Source: Podarcis liolepis (taxonomy: Eukaryota). Taken from it: 64,000 nucleotides of DNA. Below the pieces are notes generated by a model that saw only the letters and a program-made list of their open reading frames with translations, was not told the origin of the DNA and ran no database searches. The translations under genes were made by a program, and so were the position numbers. Of the stretch, positions 1 to 13,840 are shown one piece after another. The stretch is from assembly GCA_965112155.1 (NCBI GenBank), contig OZ218098.1; one strand, given 5' to 3'. Numbering within the stretch: the first letter of the stretch is position 1; each line of letters begins with the position of its first letter.

Positions 1-764
1 GCAGCGTTGTGCTCCTGACGAGCCATCATTCTTGATCCTTTTTCCTTACAAAGGGCAGTGAATGACACAGAGGTGGTATAACTCTGCATGCCCATTTGGC
101 ACGGTGTGTCTTCTGCTTGCCAATGTTCTGAAGCAGGAGAGGTTAACTACTGGTGCCTCTTCTTTCTAGAACCTTGAGGGCAAGCAATTCAGCCTCATTA
201 TCCAAATTGTTGATCAATTCCATCAACCTCCTTTTCCAGAGTCAACCTCTGCTCACATCTACTTTGCCTTTTTACTAACAAGTTTTGTTGTGCTATGCTC
301 CTTGGGGCTGGCATGCAGCCTCCTTCACCTTGGGTGTGAAGGGCATAAGTGCCCAACACTAAGGTTTCCTTCGGATGTAATAGAGCACACCCAGAAGGGA
401 ACTGCCTATGTTCCCCATAAGGAACACCTGATTCCACAATCAGGTGTGCAGATAGTACCCTGTGAAATGAGGCATACGTTTCCCACTGAATATCCCCATG
501 TTCATCATAGCCAACCAGCTGTGTGGTCCAGTAGAAGAGCAGAATAGGCTGAAGCAGGCTGTGCAGCTGCACTATGAGATCTAAAAATAGGTGTAAGTGC
601 AAGGCTTTGCCATGCTGCCCTATAGCAAAGGCAAGCTGGGATGCTTATTCATACAGCCGAGGAGGAGACAGGTGAAAGGGTAAAGAAAGGAAATTTTATA
701 AAAATATGTGGTTTTGCTCCACCCAGGGAATTTAATCTCAATGGTGCTTACTCCCAAGGAAGTA

Positions 765-990
765 CAGTGGTATCTCAGGTTAAGTACTTAATTCGTTTCG
801 GAGGTCTGTTCTTAACCTGAAACTGTTCTTAACCTGAAGCACCACTTTAGCTAATGGGGCCTCCTGCTGCTGCCGCGCCGCCGGAGCACGATTTCTGTTC
901 TCATCCTGAAGCAAAGTTCTTAACCCAGGGTACTATTTCTGGGTTAGCAGAGTCTGTAACCTGAAGCGTATGTAACCCGAGGTACCACTG
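765..990 (+). mobile_element. Tc1/mariner (Tigger/pogo-like) MITE, copy 1
   Basis: TA-flanked CAGTGGTA(T/C)CTC...GAGGTACCACTG TIRs; internal TAACCTGAAG repeats; near-identical to copies at 17246, 24123 and 30437. Confidence 0.9.
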
Positions 991-3654
991 TATACACACT
1001 TATGTGACAGCAAATCCCTCTGCATTCAGTAGGCTTTTCTCACAGGTAAGTGTGTATTGTATTGCAGGCTTCTGGTTGCCATCATCTTTTATATCGGTCA
1101 TGCTTATTTGCCAATGGCATGTAGAAATTAAGCAGGTTAAGCTACACGTCAGGCCGAAGAGCACAGCTAACAGCAACAACAAAGAGAGTCTGGCAACCCT
1201 TGTCAGGTATGCCTCGCTCTTTTTGACATGCTGGGTTTTAAATCCTTGCTACCAGCCTTACGAAACAGAAAAGCAAGGAGGCAAGCTTTTAGCTCATGAC
1301 GTATAGACCTTGTTGTCTCCCACACAGCCTGCTGCCCTTCTTCCGAAGAGCCCAGGTACAGTCTATTCAGTTCAGCAGCCATCCTTTCACAATAGACCCT
1401 CCCCTCCGGCTCTCTATTTGTGGGTAGCCCTCAGCAGCTGGATTGCTTTTTAGTGTTTGTTCTTGCTTTCCCTTCCCCCATTTTATTATTTTGTAGCAAA
1501 GAATGGTAATTCAAGCGATTAATCAAATGCTAGGCCCAGCTGGAGCCATCTGTGGAGTCCTCATAATCTCCCTCCTCCCCTTGCATGTGTGCACACGGCT
1601 CATTGCAATTGGCTAGCAGTGACATCACCCCTGCTTGGATGTGGGGAGCGTGGAGTGTGTGTGTGTGTGTGTGGTGGGGGGGGGGATACTTCTTGCCTCC
1701 AGCCTGCTTTACTGACGCTTCAAGGGAACGTTACAGAGAAAGGTTCCTGAATGGCTTTTTAAAGCACTACGAAGAACACCGAATAATATACAGCATTATC
1801 TCTTTTTGTTCTTAACTGCTTAGGGAGCTGTAGGGGTGGGGGTGTGTGTGTCTGTCACTGCTGCCGTGCTTAAAAGCTAAACGCAATTCTGAGAGAGCTT
1901 CTTGACCTAGAATAACTTGCTAGCTATTCCCAAATACTGTACAGGGAAATTGACTTGCCATCTGGTAACTGTTGCAAGGAGAGCAAGAAATGAGTTAAGG
2001 AGCTGCTCTCAAATGAGACAGCTCAGAAGGCATCTGCAGACATACCTGTATTCCATGATTCTGTATTCCATGCAGGTACCACATAAGCATGGGCAGTGTC
2101 CTGAGGACCATAGCTCTGCACTTAAACAAAACCCAAACCCCAGCCAAACCTACAACAGGCTTTGAGCTCTTTTGATTACACACGATAGGCTTTCAGTGCG
2201 CATGTGACCTGGTCAAAGGTATATGTTGAACTGGATTTTTAGTGATCATTGTAGAAAGGCAGAAAAAAATGGTATGATAAGCCAAAGTTACACACATTTC
2301 TTCATTTAGATCCTTCATGCATGTTGAAGAACTGGTCTCTTTGGGAGCCAGATTTTGGGTTACATACGTGTAGAAGTTTGATCTTGCTTTTATTTTTTAG
2401 TGGAGGGTGGCCCAAACACCCAGACAATTAGTTGGTGATTGTGGAATGAATGCAAGCTTCTTCTCTCCCTGCTCTCCAAAGGTGAAGAGTTGGAGTAGGG
2501 GGCCTGATTTAAACAACACCTCTCCTATACCTCATGCCAGTGCCCTGATCCAGATTGGGCCTCCCAAAGCTGCCATTTATTTTTAAAACTCCATTCACAC
2601 AATTGCTAACTGTGTGATGGCTATCTCATCTATAGATTTTGGCCCTAAATCTTCTCCCCAGAAATTATTTTTGCCAGTTAAAATTTTTAATTAGATGGTT
2701 TAAGAAAAAATAACTTGAGTTGAAAGGCATTTTTTTTAAATTTAGAAATATTTCTGTTTTTGCTTTATGGTTTTCAAATGCTACAGTTTACAGGTTTTGA
2801 TTTCATATAACTACTAAAATAGCAAATATGAATATCTATAGGGGAAAGAACTGGAGTTAAAATGCAACAACAGTAAAGGAACTTGGGGGAATTTTCATGG
2901 TGACTTTCACAGGAACAAAACATTTATTGATTCAAATGATGTAATCAAAAACTTGCACAGGTCTTTTGTATTCATCATGCTAGATTTCTCAATGTAAATA
3001 ATAGTACTGCATCTGTTGTATTGTTAATCATCATGTGTAGATATGGGTATACAGTGTTTGATTCGTAGATAAATTCTGCAGCCTGAACAAACTATCCCAA
3101 TCTGACAAATTTGCTTATTTTGCTTATTCTTACATAATTTACTCTGCTTCAGAGACTCTTAGCCCTATCCTTTCTGAATCCTTTTTAAAGCTGTCTGGCA
3201 GTCATCATATCATGTGAGAGTGACTTCTACAAAGTAATTATACATCATATGAAAAAAAATTCAATGGAATACCCACCATTGTTTTCAATGGGAGTCAGTC
3301 AAGATACCTGAAACCTGCGCCTAAATTCCATTGATTTCAACAAAAGGGCATTAACGAGAAGGTACATTGAAGATGTAAATCATGTAACAGCAGCAGGTTC
3401 CTAGCTCTAGGTGTTTGGTGATCTGTTGAAAGTGGGGTGAGCAATTTTGCATGGTTGGGTTTTTTTGTTTTCACAAGATTTGGAGAAGAGGTGACAGCAA
3501 AGGAAGAATGCCTTGTGAGATTTTGGGTGCTAGTTAATTGTCTCTCTTGGGAAATGAGGCAATTCCAGGTGGAGATTTCTGCTATAGGATTTGTTTATTT
3601 TGTCACATTCCTGCGAAGGCGAATACATTGAGCTATCCATGTATGTTGTTCTTG

Positions 3655-3775
3655 TAATGAATCTCTGAGGTGGGTTAGGCTGAGAGTGGCAAGACTTACC
3701 AAGTGAACTTCATTCTTCAAGAGCTTAAGTAGGGATTTGAACCCAGGTCTCTTTAGTCCACATTAAACACTACTA
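3655..3775 (-). mobile_element. Degenerate CORE-type SINE fragment
   Basis: GGGATTTGAACCCAGGTCTC (reverse B-box) and GGTTAGGCTGAGAG, reverse complement of the 4338 family. Confidence 0.55.
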
Positions 3776-4009
3776 TATACATTACATCTGATTTAGGCAC
3801 TGTATCCTTCTGTCAAGGACATAGCAACTCTGTCTAAAGGAAAGCAATCCTGGCCCTCTAACAACATATTGTTTGCATATTTGCTCTGAAGTAAGCATCA
3901 TTGTATTCAATGGGATCTACTGACTTGTATGTCTGCATAGAATTATACAATTAATAAAACATATTATGTAGGACTCGGTATATAAACACACCACATTATT
4001 CACAGTAGT

Positions 4010-4312
4010 ATGACCAGTTTTGAATCCCCGTGACGGGGTGAGCTCCTGTTGCTCGGTCCCTCTCCTGCCAACCTAGCAGTTCGAAAGCACATCGAAGTGC
4101 AAGTAGATAAATAGGTACCACTCCGGCGGGAAGGTAACTGGCGTTTCCGTGCGCTGCTCTGGTTCGCCAGAAGCGGCTTAGTCATGCTGGCCACATGACC
4201 CGGAAGCTGTCTGCATACAAATGCTGGCTCCCTCGGCCTATAGAGCAAGATTAGAGCGCAACTCCAGAGTCGTCTCAACTGGACCTTACGGTCAGGGGTA
4301 CCTTTACCTTTT
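4010..4312 (+). mobile_element. Sauria SINE, 5'-truncated
   Basis: Degenerate B-box (ttgaatcccc), CCAACCTAGCAGTTCGAAAGCAC...GCAAGTAGATAAATAGGTACC core, GCTGGCCACATGACCCGGAAG, (ACCTTT)n tail. Confidence 0.88.
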
Positions 4313-4337
4313 TATGGCCAGTTTACTGTCAACTTAC

Positions 4338-4560
4338 AGCCAGTGTTGTGTAGTGGTTAAAATAGGACTTGGGAGACCAGGGTTCAAGTTGCCCCTGGCC
4401 ATGAAGCTCACTGGGTGACCTTGGGTGAGTCACTGTCTTTCAGCCTAGCCTACCTCACAGGGTTGTTGTGAGGAGAAACTAGGGGAGGATACCATGTATG
4501 CCACCTTGAGCCCCTTGGAGTAAAGGTGGGATATAAATGTAAGTGACATAAATAAATAAA
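4338..4560 (+). mobile_element. tRNA-derived CORE-type SINE (Squam3/MIR-like)
   Basis: A-box TGTAGTGGTTAA, B-box GGTTCAAGT, GTGACCTTGGG core, CCTACCTCACAGGGTTGTTGTGAGG, (TAAA)n tail. Confidence 0.8.
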
Positions 4561-5234
4561 TTTCACATGCACAGAACAGGATTCCGTGCCAACGTGACCC
4601 AAGTTCAGTTGTAAAAAAAAATTGTATTCTGCAGCAGCAATAAATTATGCATATCTAGCAAATTTGCATGCACTGCTTGTTTTCCATGTTCTGCTGCTTC
4701 TGGTCATGAGCATAGACTAGGAGCTGTGCAGGATGGCGAAGCTTTGCATAGCTTTGCATAGCTAGAAATGCTATGCAGCTACTCTCTGGCTCTTGATCTT
4801 TGGCCACTGTGTGTGAACAGCAGGGTGATGGTGAGGGTATGGCCAGGTTCAGGAGGCCAGCACAGTGGCCAAAGATCAGAAGAGGGGAGCCTGCTCTACA
4901 CACATAGCCACCCCACCCCCATGATCTAGAACCCTGTGATATCAGGGTTCTAAGTCCACCAGGGAGCCCCCATGCATAGAGTAGGCCCCTTTCCTGAGAC
5001 CTTACCCTCAGTGCATGGACAGCAGTCGGGGCATTCAGCCAGGATAGGGTGCAGAGTCAGAAGCATGGCCTTGATCTCCTTATGCAGCTGTAATCACGCA
5101 AGGGGTAAGTGCCCAAACAGAGCTTATATGTTGTCAAGATGCTTGTAATAAAGGACATTCGTAAATTATAGCTGTAAGCCTTTGGGGTTCTGGGACTAAG
5201 GGGCTTTAGTTGTTGTTAGAGGTAAGTTCAGAGG

Positions 5235-5240
<6 letters not shown>

Positions 5241-5286
<46 letters not shown>
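5241..5286. repeat. (AG)n microsatellite
   Basis: Read directly. Confidence 0.98.
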
Positions 5287-5289
<3 letters not shown>

Positions 5290-8200
5290 CAAATCCCTTT
5301 CAGGATGTTGATTATTGCACCCTTATCTTCTCAGTTGCTCATGTAACAACTGCATGAAATACAACTAGTTCTTCTTTAGCTTTTTTTAAAAAAACAAACA
5401 AACAAACAAACAAACCAATATTAATTGAACATGTGTTTGCTGTCCTTGTGGTCAGAGAGGAAAAACTTGGGAGGACTGCCAGTCCATTCATGAAGTTGCA
5501 ACCTCTCCCTTTAACTTGCAGCCACTGAGTCAGTCCCTTGTGTGGCTTCTGGTGGGTCGACGGGAGCCTCCTTAAGCTTAGTTCAGGTAGTATTGAGTGA
5601 AGCATTGAGTCAGAAGAATCTGAGAGCAGGGCAGATCCCTACTACATGCCTCGATCACTCGCCTGCAACCCAGGGTCACTATTTTGGGGACAGTAAAAAA
5701 CCCCAAACCAATTACATTTAAATTGTGAGTTTTGGCCTTCTTTTGTAACCGGTGATGCTTCTTCAAATTCTCCTGAGATGAGAATGGACACGTGGAGGGC
5801 AGCAGTGTTGTGAATTACCCTCATGTTATTATGTGGGGTCTTTTTGTTTCTAATGGGGGAGGGGGCAGGGGGTGAGTGGAGCTGCTGCTGAGTAGCAGAT
5901 GGCAGGAAGGGTGACATCATAGGCACAATTGTCCTGCCCCATTATTCTTCCTGACAAGCTCCTGCCCTCCTTTTTGGTTTCCTGCTGACAGAATTTGAAA
6001 TTGTGTGTGTGTGTGTGCTGGGAGGCAGCCAGAGGTCCTCCCAAATTCCTCCCTTTTGGGTAAATTATGTTTATCTAGTACTAGTAGTATTTTATTATTG
6101 CTTCTAAAACAGTCAGGTACTGACCATAAAGACAGGCCCTCCTCCCAATTTGCAACTGTAGGGAATGGAAAGAGTAAGAGGAGATCAGTATGGCCTATAT
6201 AATTTGGGTTGGTATGTGAGACAGGAAGGTTATGTTTTTACACATGCGCACAGGCCAGACGTGGACATGCTTTCCCAGGATCAGGTTCCTGTGAGTTCAT
6301 TGTGACTTACTAGAGATTTAGGATTGCAGCCTTGGACTTGTCAGCTCCAGGCTCTACAAGGTCTCCTGTTTCTTTATGGTTTAAGAGAAGGAAGATAATG
6401 TGCTGTGTGTTGTCCCACCTCCCGGCAATTGTCATTCCAGTAATGTGATGGGGAAAATGCATTGGGAAAATATGCCCTTCCCTGTAGCCAAGGCTGGCAT
6501 CAAGACTCTGCAATCCATTGCTCATTCCAAGGCCTCTGCAGTGTGCCTGGCACTAGCCTCTGGCCCTGGTATTGCCCCTCCTTGCTATGGCTAACTTTTC
6601 ACCTTCCCTCTCTGAATGAGCAGGTTGGGACAGGATTAGGAGCAGCATCCTCTGCCTACCTCACCCTCTGGACCAATATGCAGGTTGAGCCCACAGAAGG
6701 AGGGCAAGTGAATGGGGCATTCACTTCTTCTTTGGTGATCACTCGTAGCCAAGTAAGATTTTAAGAGGAGGTTTTAAGAGGAGGTGGTCCCATTCAAGCA
6801 GATGGCTTGCTAAGGCCATTTTGCCCAACGACCCCTCCATACACACAGTAACAATACAGGAGACTTCTCTAGTTTTGAATGTCACTCTTAGTCTGTGTCC
6901 CTTGCTACTGGGTTGGCAAATTTGCATGATCACATGTGTGGGTTCCTTCATTAGCAACACTAAAGGGGGGGTAGGATCCTTTTATTGTAGCAAACCAGTT
7001 TATACTTAGGGATTGATTTGTTACTCTGCAGCTTGAAACACGCTTGATGTGGAAGGTGATTTCCATGGCATTTATATTTTCATGCAAATGTGCTTAGGAT
7101 CGCAACCTTTTGAATGAGGAAGAATCAACATTGCTGCAGTTAAGCTTGATTATTTGATTGCAGGTTTTGCTTTGATGCTACGGGCTCATTCAGCCAATGA
7201 TGCAGCATTGTATAACCCAGGTATAAGTTTGTTTAGAAGCTCATCCCTTTTCCATGCCTCTTCTGTCATTCTCACAAGTCAGGATGAGGTAGTAGGTGAT
7301 GAAGCCTGAGCTGGAGACAAGGTAGAAGGCTTTGGTTATGACAAGTGGAAACTGCATAGGGTCTGGTCAGGGAAGCATTCTGGGGGCAAAGAAATGAAGA
7401 AATGGTTTGGGAACCCTGTGCAAGCAGGCACTAACAGTTGAGGCTTTTAAACATAGATCCATGTCAGCCGTCACTCAACACTTTTATAGTTGAAGGAAAC
7501 GCAATCCCGTTTAGCCAAAATGTATTTGAAACATCCACACCCCTTCCCGCTATTCCCCAGTTCTGAACTCAGTCCAGGCAATACCATGTTTACTCGATGT
7601 GGCTTGCTTCTGTGCTGCCAGTGCTTGTCTGGGATTTCTATTGCCTGAAACCTTATAACTTTAATAAGATATAAACCGTGTCGCATCCATCTGCCGTTGC
7701 TCAGCAACCCGTCAGTAATGCCCAAAACAAAGCTCCCCATGTGGAAGGAACACTAAATCCTACTGTGGGATAATTCTGCTTCCAAAGCTGTTGTTTCCTT
7801 CGCTGCTAACAGCCCTGTCCTGGTAGCGAATCCTCCCACCTGTGGCAGCAGTGCACACTGCGCATGAGTGACTCTCCTGTCACCTTTGCCCCTGTGGCCA
7901 GGGCTGGAGGGATTACTGTGCTTGCCATGCTAGATGTGCTTAGGTTATGTCACAAGAATAAATGTCTGCTGTTATTTTTAAAAATCGCAGGGCACTTGTA
8001 TTCACATCCTGCATTAAATTTTCCAATACAAGCCAGGAAATACACTGTTGTTGTTCTTTGTTTGTTTGTTTTTTAAGTCAGAAAGGCCAATGAAGTGTAT
8101 CCTTTGGTGCTTCTCAGCTAGATCAATAACTCAATTTCTCAGTATTCCTCTCAGGTGCAAAATGATCGTTGCAACACTGCATGTCACATGCATTTTCTTA

Positions 8201-8920
8201 GCAGGTTATTCATGCTGAAGCTTTGGAATTGGTGTTAATGTGCGTGTTGCAGGGGAAATTAAAACAGGAATGGGCCACTCAGTATCTTTTGGATTCTGAT
8301 CACAGGGTTTCGGAATATGTACTAGGGAAAATGGCAGGCAGTGAGTATAAAAGATGTGGCATGAGTATATATGTGTGAGGGTGCAGGTGAAGGCAGGATC
8401 AGCCAAAGAACCAGGCTCACTTCTTCTGAGAACCTCTCCATTAGAGCATAAAAATGGGAATTCTCCCCCTCTCCTTTTCCAGCCGTAATGTCCCACAGTC
8501 CTTCTGCTGCTTAACTCCCACCCCTCTTGAGTTTCAGATACTACAGACAAAACCAAATATCCATTTCCACTGGAAATATTTAGTGAGGCATGACATGCTT
8601 GGCATTTATTTATGCTACTCTCTTATAGTGGTTTGTTTTGACAGTCATAATTGAGGGCTAAATTAGCATCAATAGCATCCCTCAAGTTTCATGCTGGCAG
8701 CCAGACACGAGTCAATCAGCAAGGGATGTGTTGAAAGTTGCCAGGCAACTACACATGGTTAAACAGGTCCAGTGAACTCAAAACAACTTGGAATATAATC
8801 TGTTTTCTCTGTGGATTTGCAAGTTGGTTTTGCACACTCTTCTATGTCCAGAGGAAGGTGCGTGGGATGTAGCTTTTTGTTCATCTTGTTTCGGCTTGCA
8901 TGAGCTTCTCAAGTGGCTAA

Positions 8921-9053
8921 CATAGAATCATAGACTTGGAAGGTTCCCCAAGGGCCATCTAGTTCAACCCCCTGCAATGCAGGAATCTCAACTAGATTGT
9001 ACATGACAGATGGCCATCCAACCTCTGCTTTGAAACCTCCAAGGAAGGAGACT
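8921..9053 (-). mobile_element. CR1 LINE 3' end fragment
   Basis: CATAGAATCATAG tail and reverse complement of the CR1 3'UTR also seen at 36100-36212. Confidence 0.85.
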
Positions 9054-10956
9054 GCAATTAAACAAAAATCTGGTGTGACCTCTAGGGATTCCTCCCCTAG
9101 CTTTTTGAGGACACAGTCTTTTGTTCCCCACCCCAGATTTGTTAGTATAAAGGGAGAAATGTGAGAGATTGGTGTGGCATAAAAAGGGTCAGCCATAAGG
9201 GCTCCATAGGCTGCATCTGACTGTGTTAAACCAGACCTAGTGATATTAATGGATCTAATATAGCCATGTCCATCCATTGAGTGGGCATCCTTGTAGTACT
9301 CTCACAAAAGTGGTCTCATATAGGGATGGGTGGTACGGTTCCCATGGCAATTGCACACCTGACATGCACTGCATGGCTGGACTCTTTCTGCCATCTGGGC
9401 TAGTGGTAGTCTGCATGGGCACTGACATGCCAGACACTTGAAAACCAGTTGTGCACAGAAGCAGCATTAGCTTCTACCCACAGATAGGTTTTCTTATTTT
9501 CATGCATCTAATTAACTAGGCTAGTGCAAAGGAATTTGAAGGTAAAAAGGAAGTGAAAGGAAATTTGGAGTTATTAGCATTACAGCAAGCCCTAAAAGCT
9601 GCAGTCAGAAGTCTCTCCCATCCTGATCCAGAGATGCCAGAAATAGAGCCAAGAAACTTCTGCAAATAAACTAGATGCTCTATCATTGAGCCATGACACT
9701 TCTCCGCATTGTGACTGTATGTTTCCCCACCTTTTTTTGCTAATAGCAGCTCTGGAAAGGGTTAGGATAGAAGCTGTGGGGATGGGGGAGAGAAAGGGTT
9801 AGGGGACCCCCCCCCCCTGCTTTGCACACAAGTTCTACGGTTTTATAAAAAGAAATTTACTGATGCAATCACCAATTGGCTTCATGTCTATTTGAGTGCA
9901 TAGGCTTGTGCCAGAGATTTAGTAACTCCCTCTCCTCAGGGCCTGAGTTAGGAATCTGAAACAAAGAATTCTCAGAGTTCTCAGCAAACTACAATTCCCA
10001 GCATTCTTTAGGAGAAGGTATGTGCTTTTGGTTTTGTTACCAGGGCATGTATGCTATCCACTGCTCTTCCTCGGTCTGATACACTGAACAGCGGGATGGC
10101 TGCATATGAAAGCGAACTTGATTTTAAGTGTCTTTCAAAGCTGACCAAACACATACTCAGAGACTATCTGGAATGTAATGGAAAGAGCTGTTTAGTCCTT
10201 TCCCCCATTTGGCTAGCGCCCTCTCTCTTTCTATCCGTCCGTCTGTCTGTCTGTCTCTCTGGCTTTGCTTCACCACAGCTGCTGTTCTCTGACAGCAGAA
10301 TGATAGATGTGCTTTGCGCCAGAGGGAGGAAGGCCGCCAGCTCAGAAGGCCGGCGTATGCCACCCATCAGCCTATTCAGTGGATGCACTGAGCCATGGCA
10401 CTGTGAGGATTTTATCGGCCTTTAATGCATTAACCTTTCATTAGGCACGGCAGCCCCTGACTGTGCCTCGCACTCTCCGCCTCTGCTCCTGCCATGGCCT
10501 AGGTACGCCACGGAGGCTTGTCATCGGAGGGAAACCCCTTTTGTCCCTACTCAGGGATCAAATGATACATTCTCGCAAACCCGCTGAACCTCACGCCTTC
10601 TTTTCTGCACATGCACAAAGTTCCAGACTTGGGTCTGCTTCCTTGTGCTGGTGTAGAGAAAATCGTTTACCTTCCCACCGCAGCTCCCTCGGCCTGCAAC
10701 AAGATGAGTGCCACACCCCATAGACGCCTTTGAATGGACTTAACTTTTTTTTTTTTTTTACTTAGAGAAAATTGTGCTAGAGAAATCGTCCTCCGACATT
10801 CTTCTCTGCTCTAATCTGCATGCACCCCCACCCCCACATGGCATTTTGTGCCATGGAGAAATCCTGTTAGAATCTGAGAGAATACAACTGATTGCAGGCC
10901 AGATGGCAAAGAACAGCTTATTCTGATTCTGGGAATGGGAGTAGATGTGTTTCCTG

Positions 10957-11069
10957 CAGCCTTTGCTAACCTAGTGCCCTCCAGATGTTTTGTACTGTGA
11001 CTCCCAGCCAGCACGGCCATTGGGAGTTGCAGTCAAAACACCTGGACGGAACCAGGTTGGCAAAGGCTG
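10957..11069. mobile_element. Palindromic hAT-type MITE
   Basis: CAGCCTTTGCTAACCT...AGGTTGGCAAAGGCTG inverted ends; ACTCCCA/TGGGAGT inner arms. Confidence 0.7.
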
Positions 11070-12632
11070 CCTTAGGAGGTGTGTGCTTTCTGCCCTTGTT
11101 CTGAAAGGGGGCTTAGCTTAGCTGATGAAGGCTGAGGTCTAACCCTAGCCCCCTTTTAAGGGCACTCACAAACACTTGATTCCCCCTGCTTCCTGACAAC
11201 TCCCACCCAATTCATCAGAAACGATACCACTGCTATTGGGGTGGATGGTTAGGAAATGGGTGGTACAGGATGGAAGTATGAAAATGTGGGGTGAAGAGAA
11301 AGAGTACGCATTTCCACCCTGGTTGTCCAGCTTTAATTTCTGTGTTTGGGTGGGTGGAGTTAGCATAGTGGCTTTGACCCCCCCCCCAAAAAAAACCCCA
11401 CTGTCGAGAGGAAGCCTCTTTTCATGCTTTGTCTGAAACATATGCAATGGGACTTTGCACGCCTTCTTTGCAGAGAGAGAAGTGTGAGCTCCACACAGAT
11501 CTGTAATTACTGTATCTCCCCACAGATGCAGTGTGCAGATTCCCACTTCACACCTTCGCAGGAAGTGTGAAAGAAAGTGTGGGTCATTTGTACTTCATCT
11601 GCTCCTGCTTATTGCTAACATCTGTAGTAGTCCTCAGCCTTGTGGTGGCGGTTGTGTTCTTCATAGCGGATGTATCCCTGCCCATAATTAGTTCCCTGTC
11701 CTCATCTATCAAATGACTCCTATTCCTTTAAAAAACAAAACAAAACAAAACAACCTCTGCTTTTTCTTCCTTCCCTGAAATTTCCTCCAGAGCACGTATA
11801 TGACACCACTTCTCCAGATCACTCCTCTTCTTCTGTGAGGCTGCTGGCTTAGCCCAGCTTCCTCCAACCTTCAAAGTACCCATTAGCCATTAGTCCTTGT
11901 CTCGTTTGGAAACCAGTAACCGAAATGAATGCTGTGAGCTGCCTCCATTTTCTTACCCTCCTTTTTTGTCTCCTCTGTTGTCAAATTTTGGTTTATAAGC
12001 TTCTTAGCAGGGATCTGACTTTCATTTTGCAAAGCAGCGCACACATTTTAGTGTTGCTTTGTAAATAATCGCTGAATGCATGGGATGCTAATAGCACAGA
12101 GACAGGGGTGGTTGATGACAAATTGGCTGAGTTAGTACTTCTGCTATAAACATCCATTATCATTTGTGTTATTTGTTCTGCGAAGGTGCTGAGAGGACCT
12201 CTTCTCCCTCTCCTGGCCTCCACAAACTTCAGATAACTGAGCACTGCACTGTACTGTACAGTTCCTGAATACAATTTGTGCATTTTCGGAGCTGTGTTAC
12301 CTGCTACGTTCTGGCATGGCTTGACCACCCTTTGCTAGCATAGGTGGATAACAGAGTTTCTGTATTTTACATATGCCAGAATAATAAACTCTGTTAACTC
12401 TTTCTGCAACCACTAACAACAGCTTTCTCACACGAGTCCTGCTCTCTCCTGCTTTCCTTCAAAGCATTTATAAATGAAGAGAGATCATACAAAGGAGTGG
12501 GGCAAACCATTGTCCCCCTGGGTGGGGACAGTAAAGAGATCCACTCAGTTTTCTTTGTTTTGAAAGCTGTAGCAATTTAACATTTATGGGTTATGGAATA
12601 ATGTTTGTCTTCTTGTGGCACTTCTCTTGCAG

Positions 12633-12771
12633 GTAGAAGCAGAAGACCACCAAGATGTGGTGGTCTATGACCAGAGCACACGGGATGCCAATGGACTGGC
12701 GTCTGACAGTTTTCTCTCCATCCTCCTAGGCAAGCTGGACAGCTGCTTCCACAATGTCTCCATCCTCACAG
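12633..12771 (+). CDS. DUSP8: DUSP8 internal coding exon (C-terminal part of rhodanese/MAPK-binding domain)
   Basis: cttctcttgcag acceptor and ag|gtagga donor; 139 bp; translates VEAEDHQDVVVYDQSTRDANGLASDSFLSILLGKLDSCFHNVSILT(G), matching recalled DUSP8 VEATEPQDVVVYDQSTRDASVLAADSFLSILLSKLDGCF. Confidence 0.95.
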
Positions 12772-13369
12772 GTAGGAATTGGTGGCAGCCATAGTGAAAG
12801 GCCAAGATTTTGCCTGTTAAGTGTATGGGAAAGAAGCACTTCAGAGGACAAAGAGCGGCGGTAGAAAGCCACAGACTACTCTGTCTTGCCGTTTAGTGTT
12901 CTTTCCATGTGATTTATGTTGGACACAAGCCCCAGATGTGATGTTTGCTGTAACTAATAGAGCTGCATTGGTGGACCGAGGGTCGAATAGCTTCCCCCTC
13001 CATCTTTTGTGTCACTCCTGAATTTAATTGCACAGCTACGAAGAAGGGAACTTTACCAAGGGGTTGGATGATGTGTCATGGCATCAAGATGGATGCTAGA
13101 GTGTGAGAGAGGAATCAATGGTAAGCCTTTAATGCAATACCTTTCTAGGTCTCGAGTACCTTGTGGCCTAAATAGCAACCTGTATTCCTGAAAGTGCTTT
13201 ACTGCAGCCACGTCACAGTTTTGTTTTGTTTTTGTTTTGTAAACCCTCCTCTTCGGGAACAGTAACATTATCTGAAGTGGAATGTGCATGCTGATATAAT
13301 TTTGGGAAGGGAGCTTGTGACCCTAAATGTTGCTGGACTATAAATCCCACCATTGGCCATGCTGGCTGA

Positions 13370-13790
13370 GGCCTTAAATGGCTCAGGACCACAATATCTC
13401 AAGGACCGCCTCTTTCCACATGAACCTACCCGGTCGCTGAGATCATCTTCTGAGGCCCTTCTTCATGTGCCTCTTCCTTGAGAGGTCCAGAGGGTGGCAA
13501 CATGAGAACAGGCCTTCTCTGCAGTGGCTTCCCATTTGTGGAATGCTGTCCCAGGGAGGCTCGCCTGGCGCCTTCATTATACACCTTTAAGTGCCAGGCA
13601 AAAACATTCTTTTTTAACCAGGCCTTTGGTTGATTTGATTTATATCCTATGCCCTTTTGAAATGTGTTTTTTTGGGGGGGGGCTATTGGGTTGTTGTTTT
13701 TATTTTTATTAGGTATTTTGTGGTTTTATATCTTGATTTTATTCTGTGAATTGCCCTGAGACCCCAGGGTATAGGGTGGTATATAAATTC

Positions 13791-13840
<50 letters not shown>
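13370..13840 (+). mobile_element. L2 LINE 3' fragment with (TAA)n tail, inserted into a palindromic MITE
   Basis: L2-like ORF end (GCCTTCTCTGCAGTGGC...TGGAAT), 3'UTR ...GGTATATAAATT, (TAA)n 13791-13840; MITE halves on either side (~13305-13369 and ~13841-13893). Confidence 0.8.

Noticed and set aside
1-12632. DUSP8 first coding exon (MAGDR...RRLQQGK)
   Set aside because: No matching sequence found by eye or in the ORF track; probably upstream of the window
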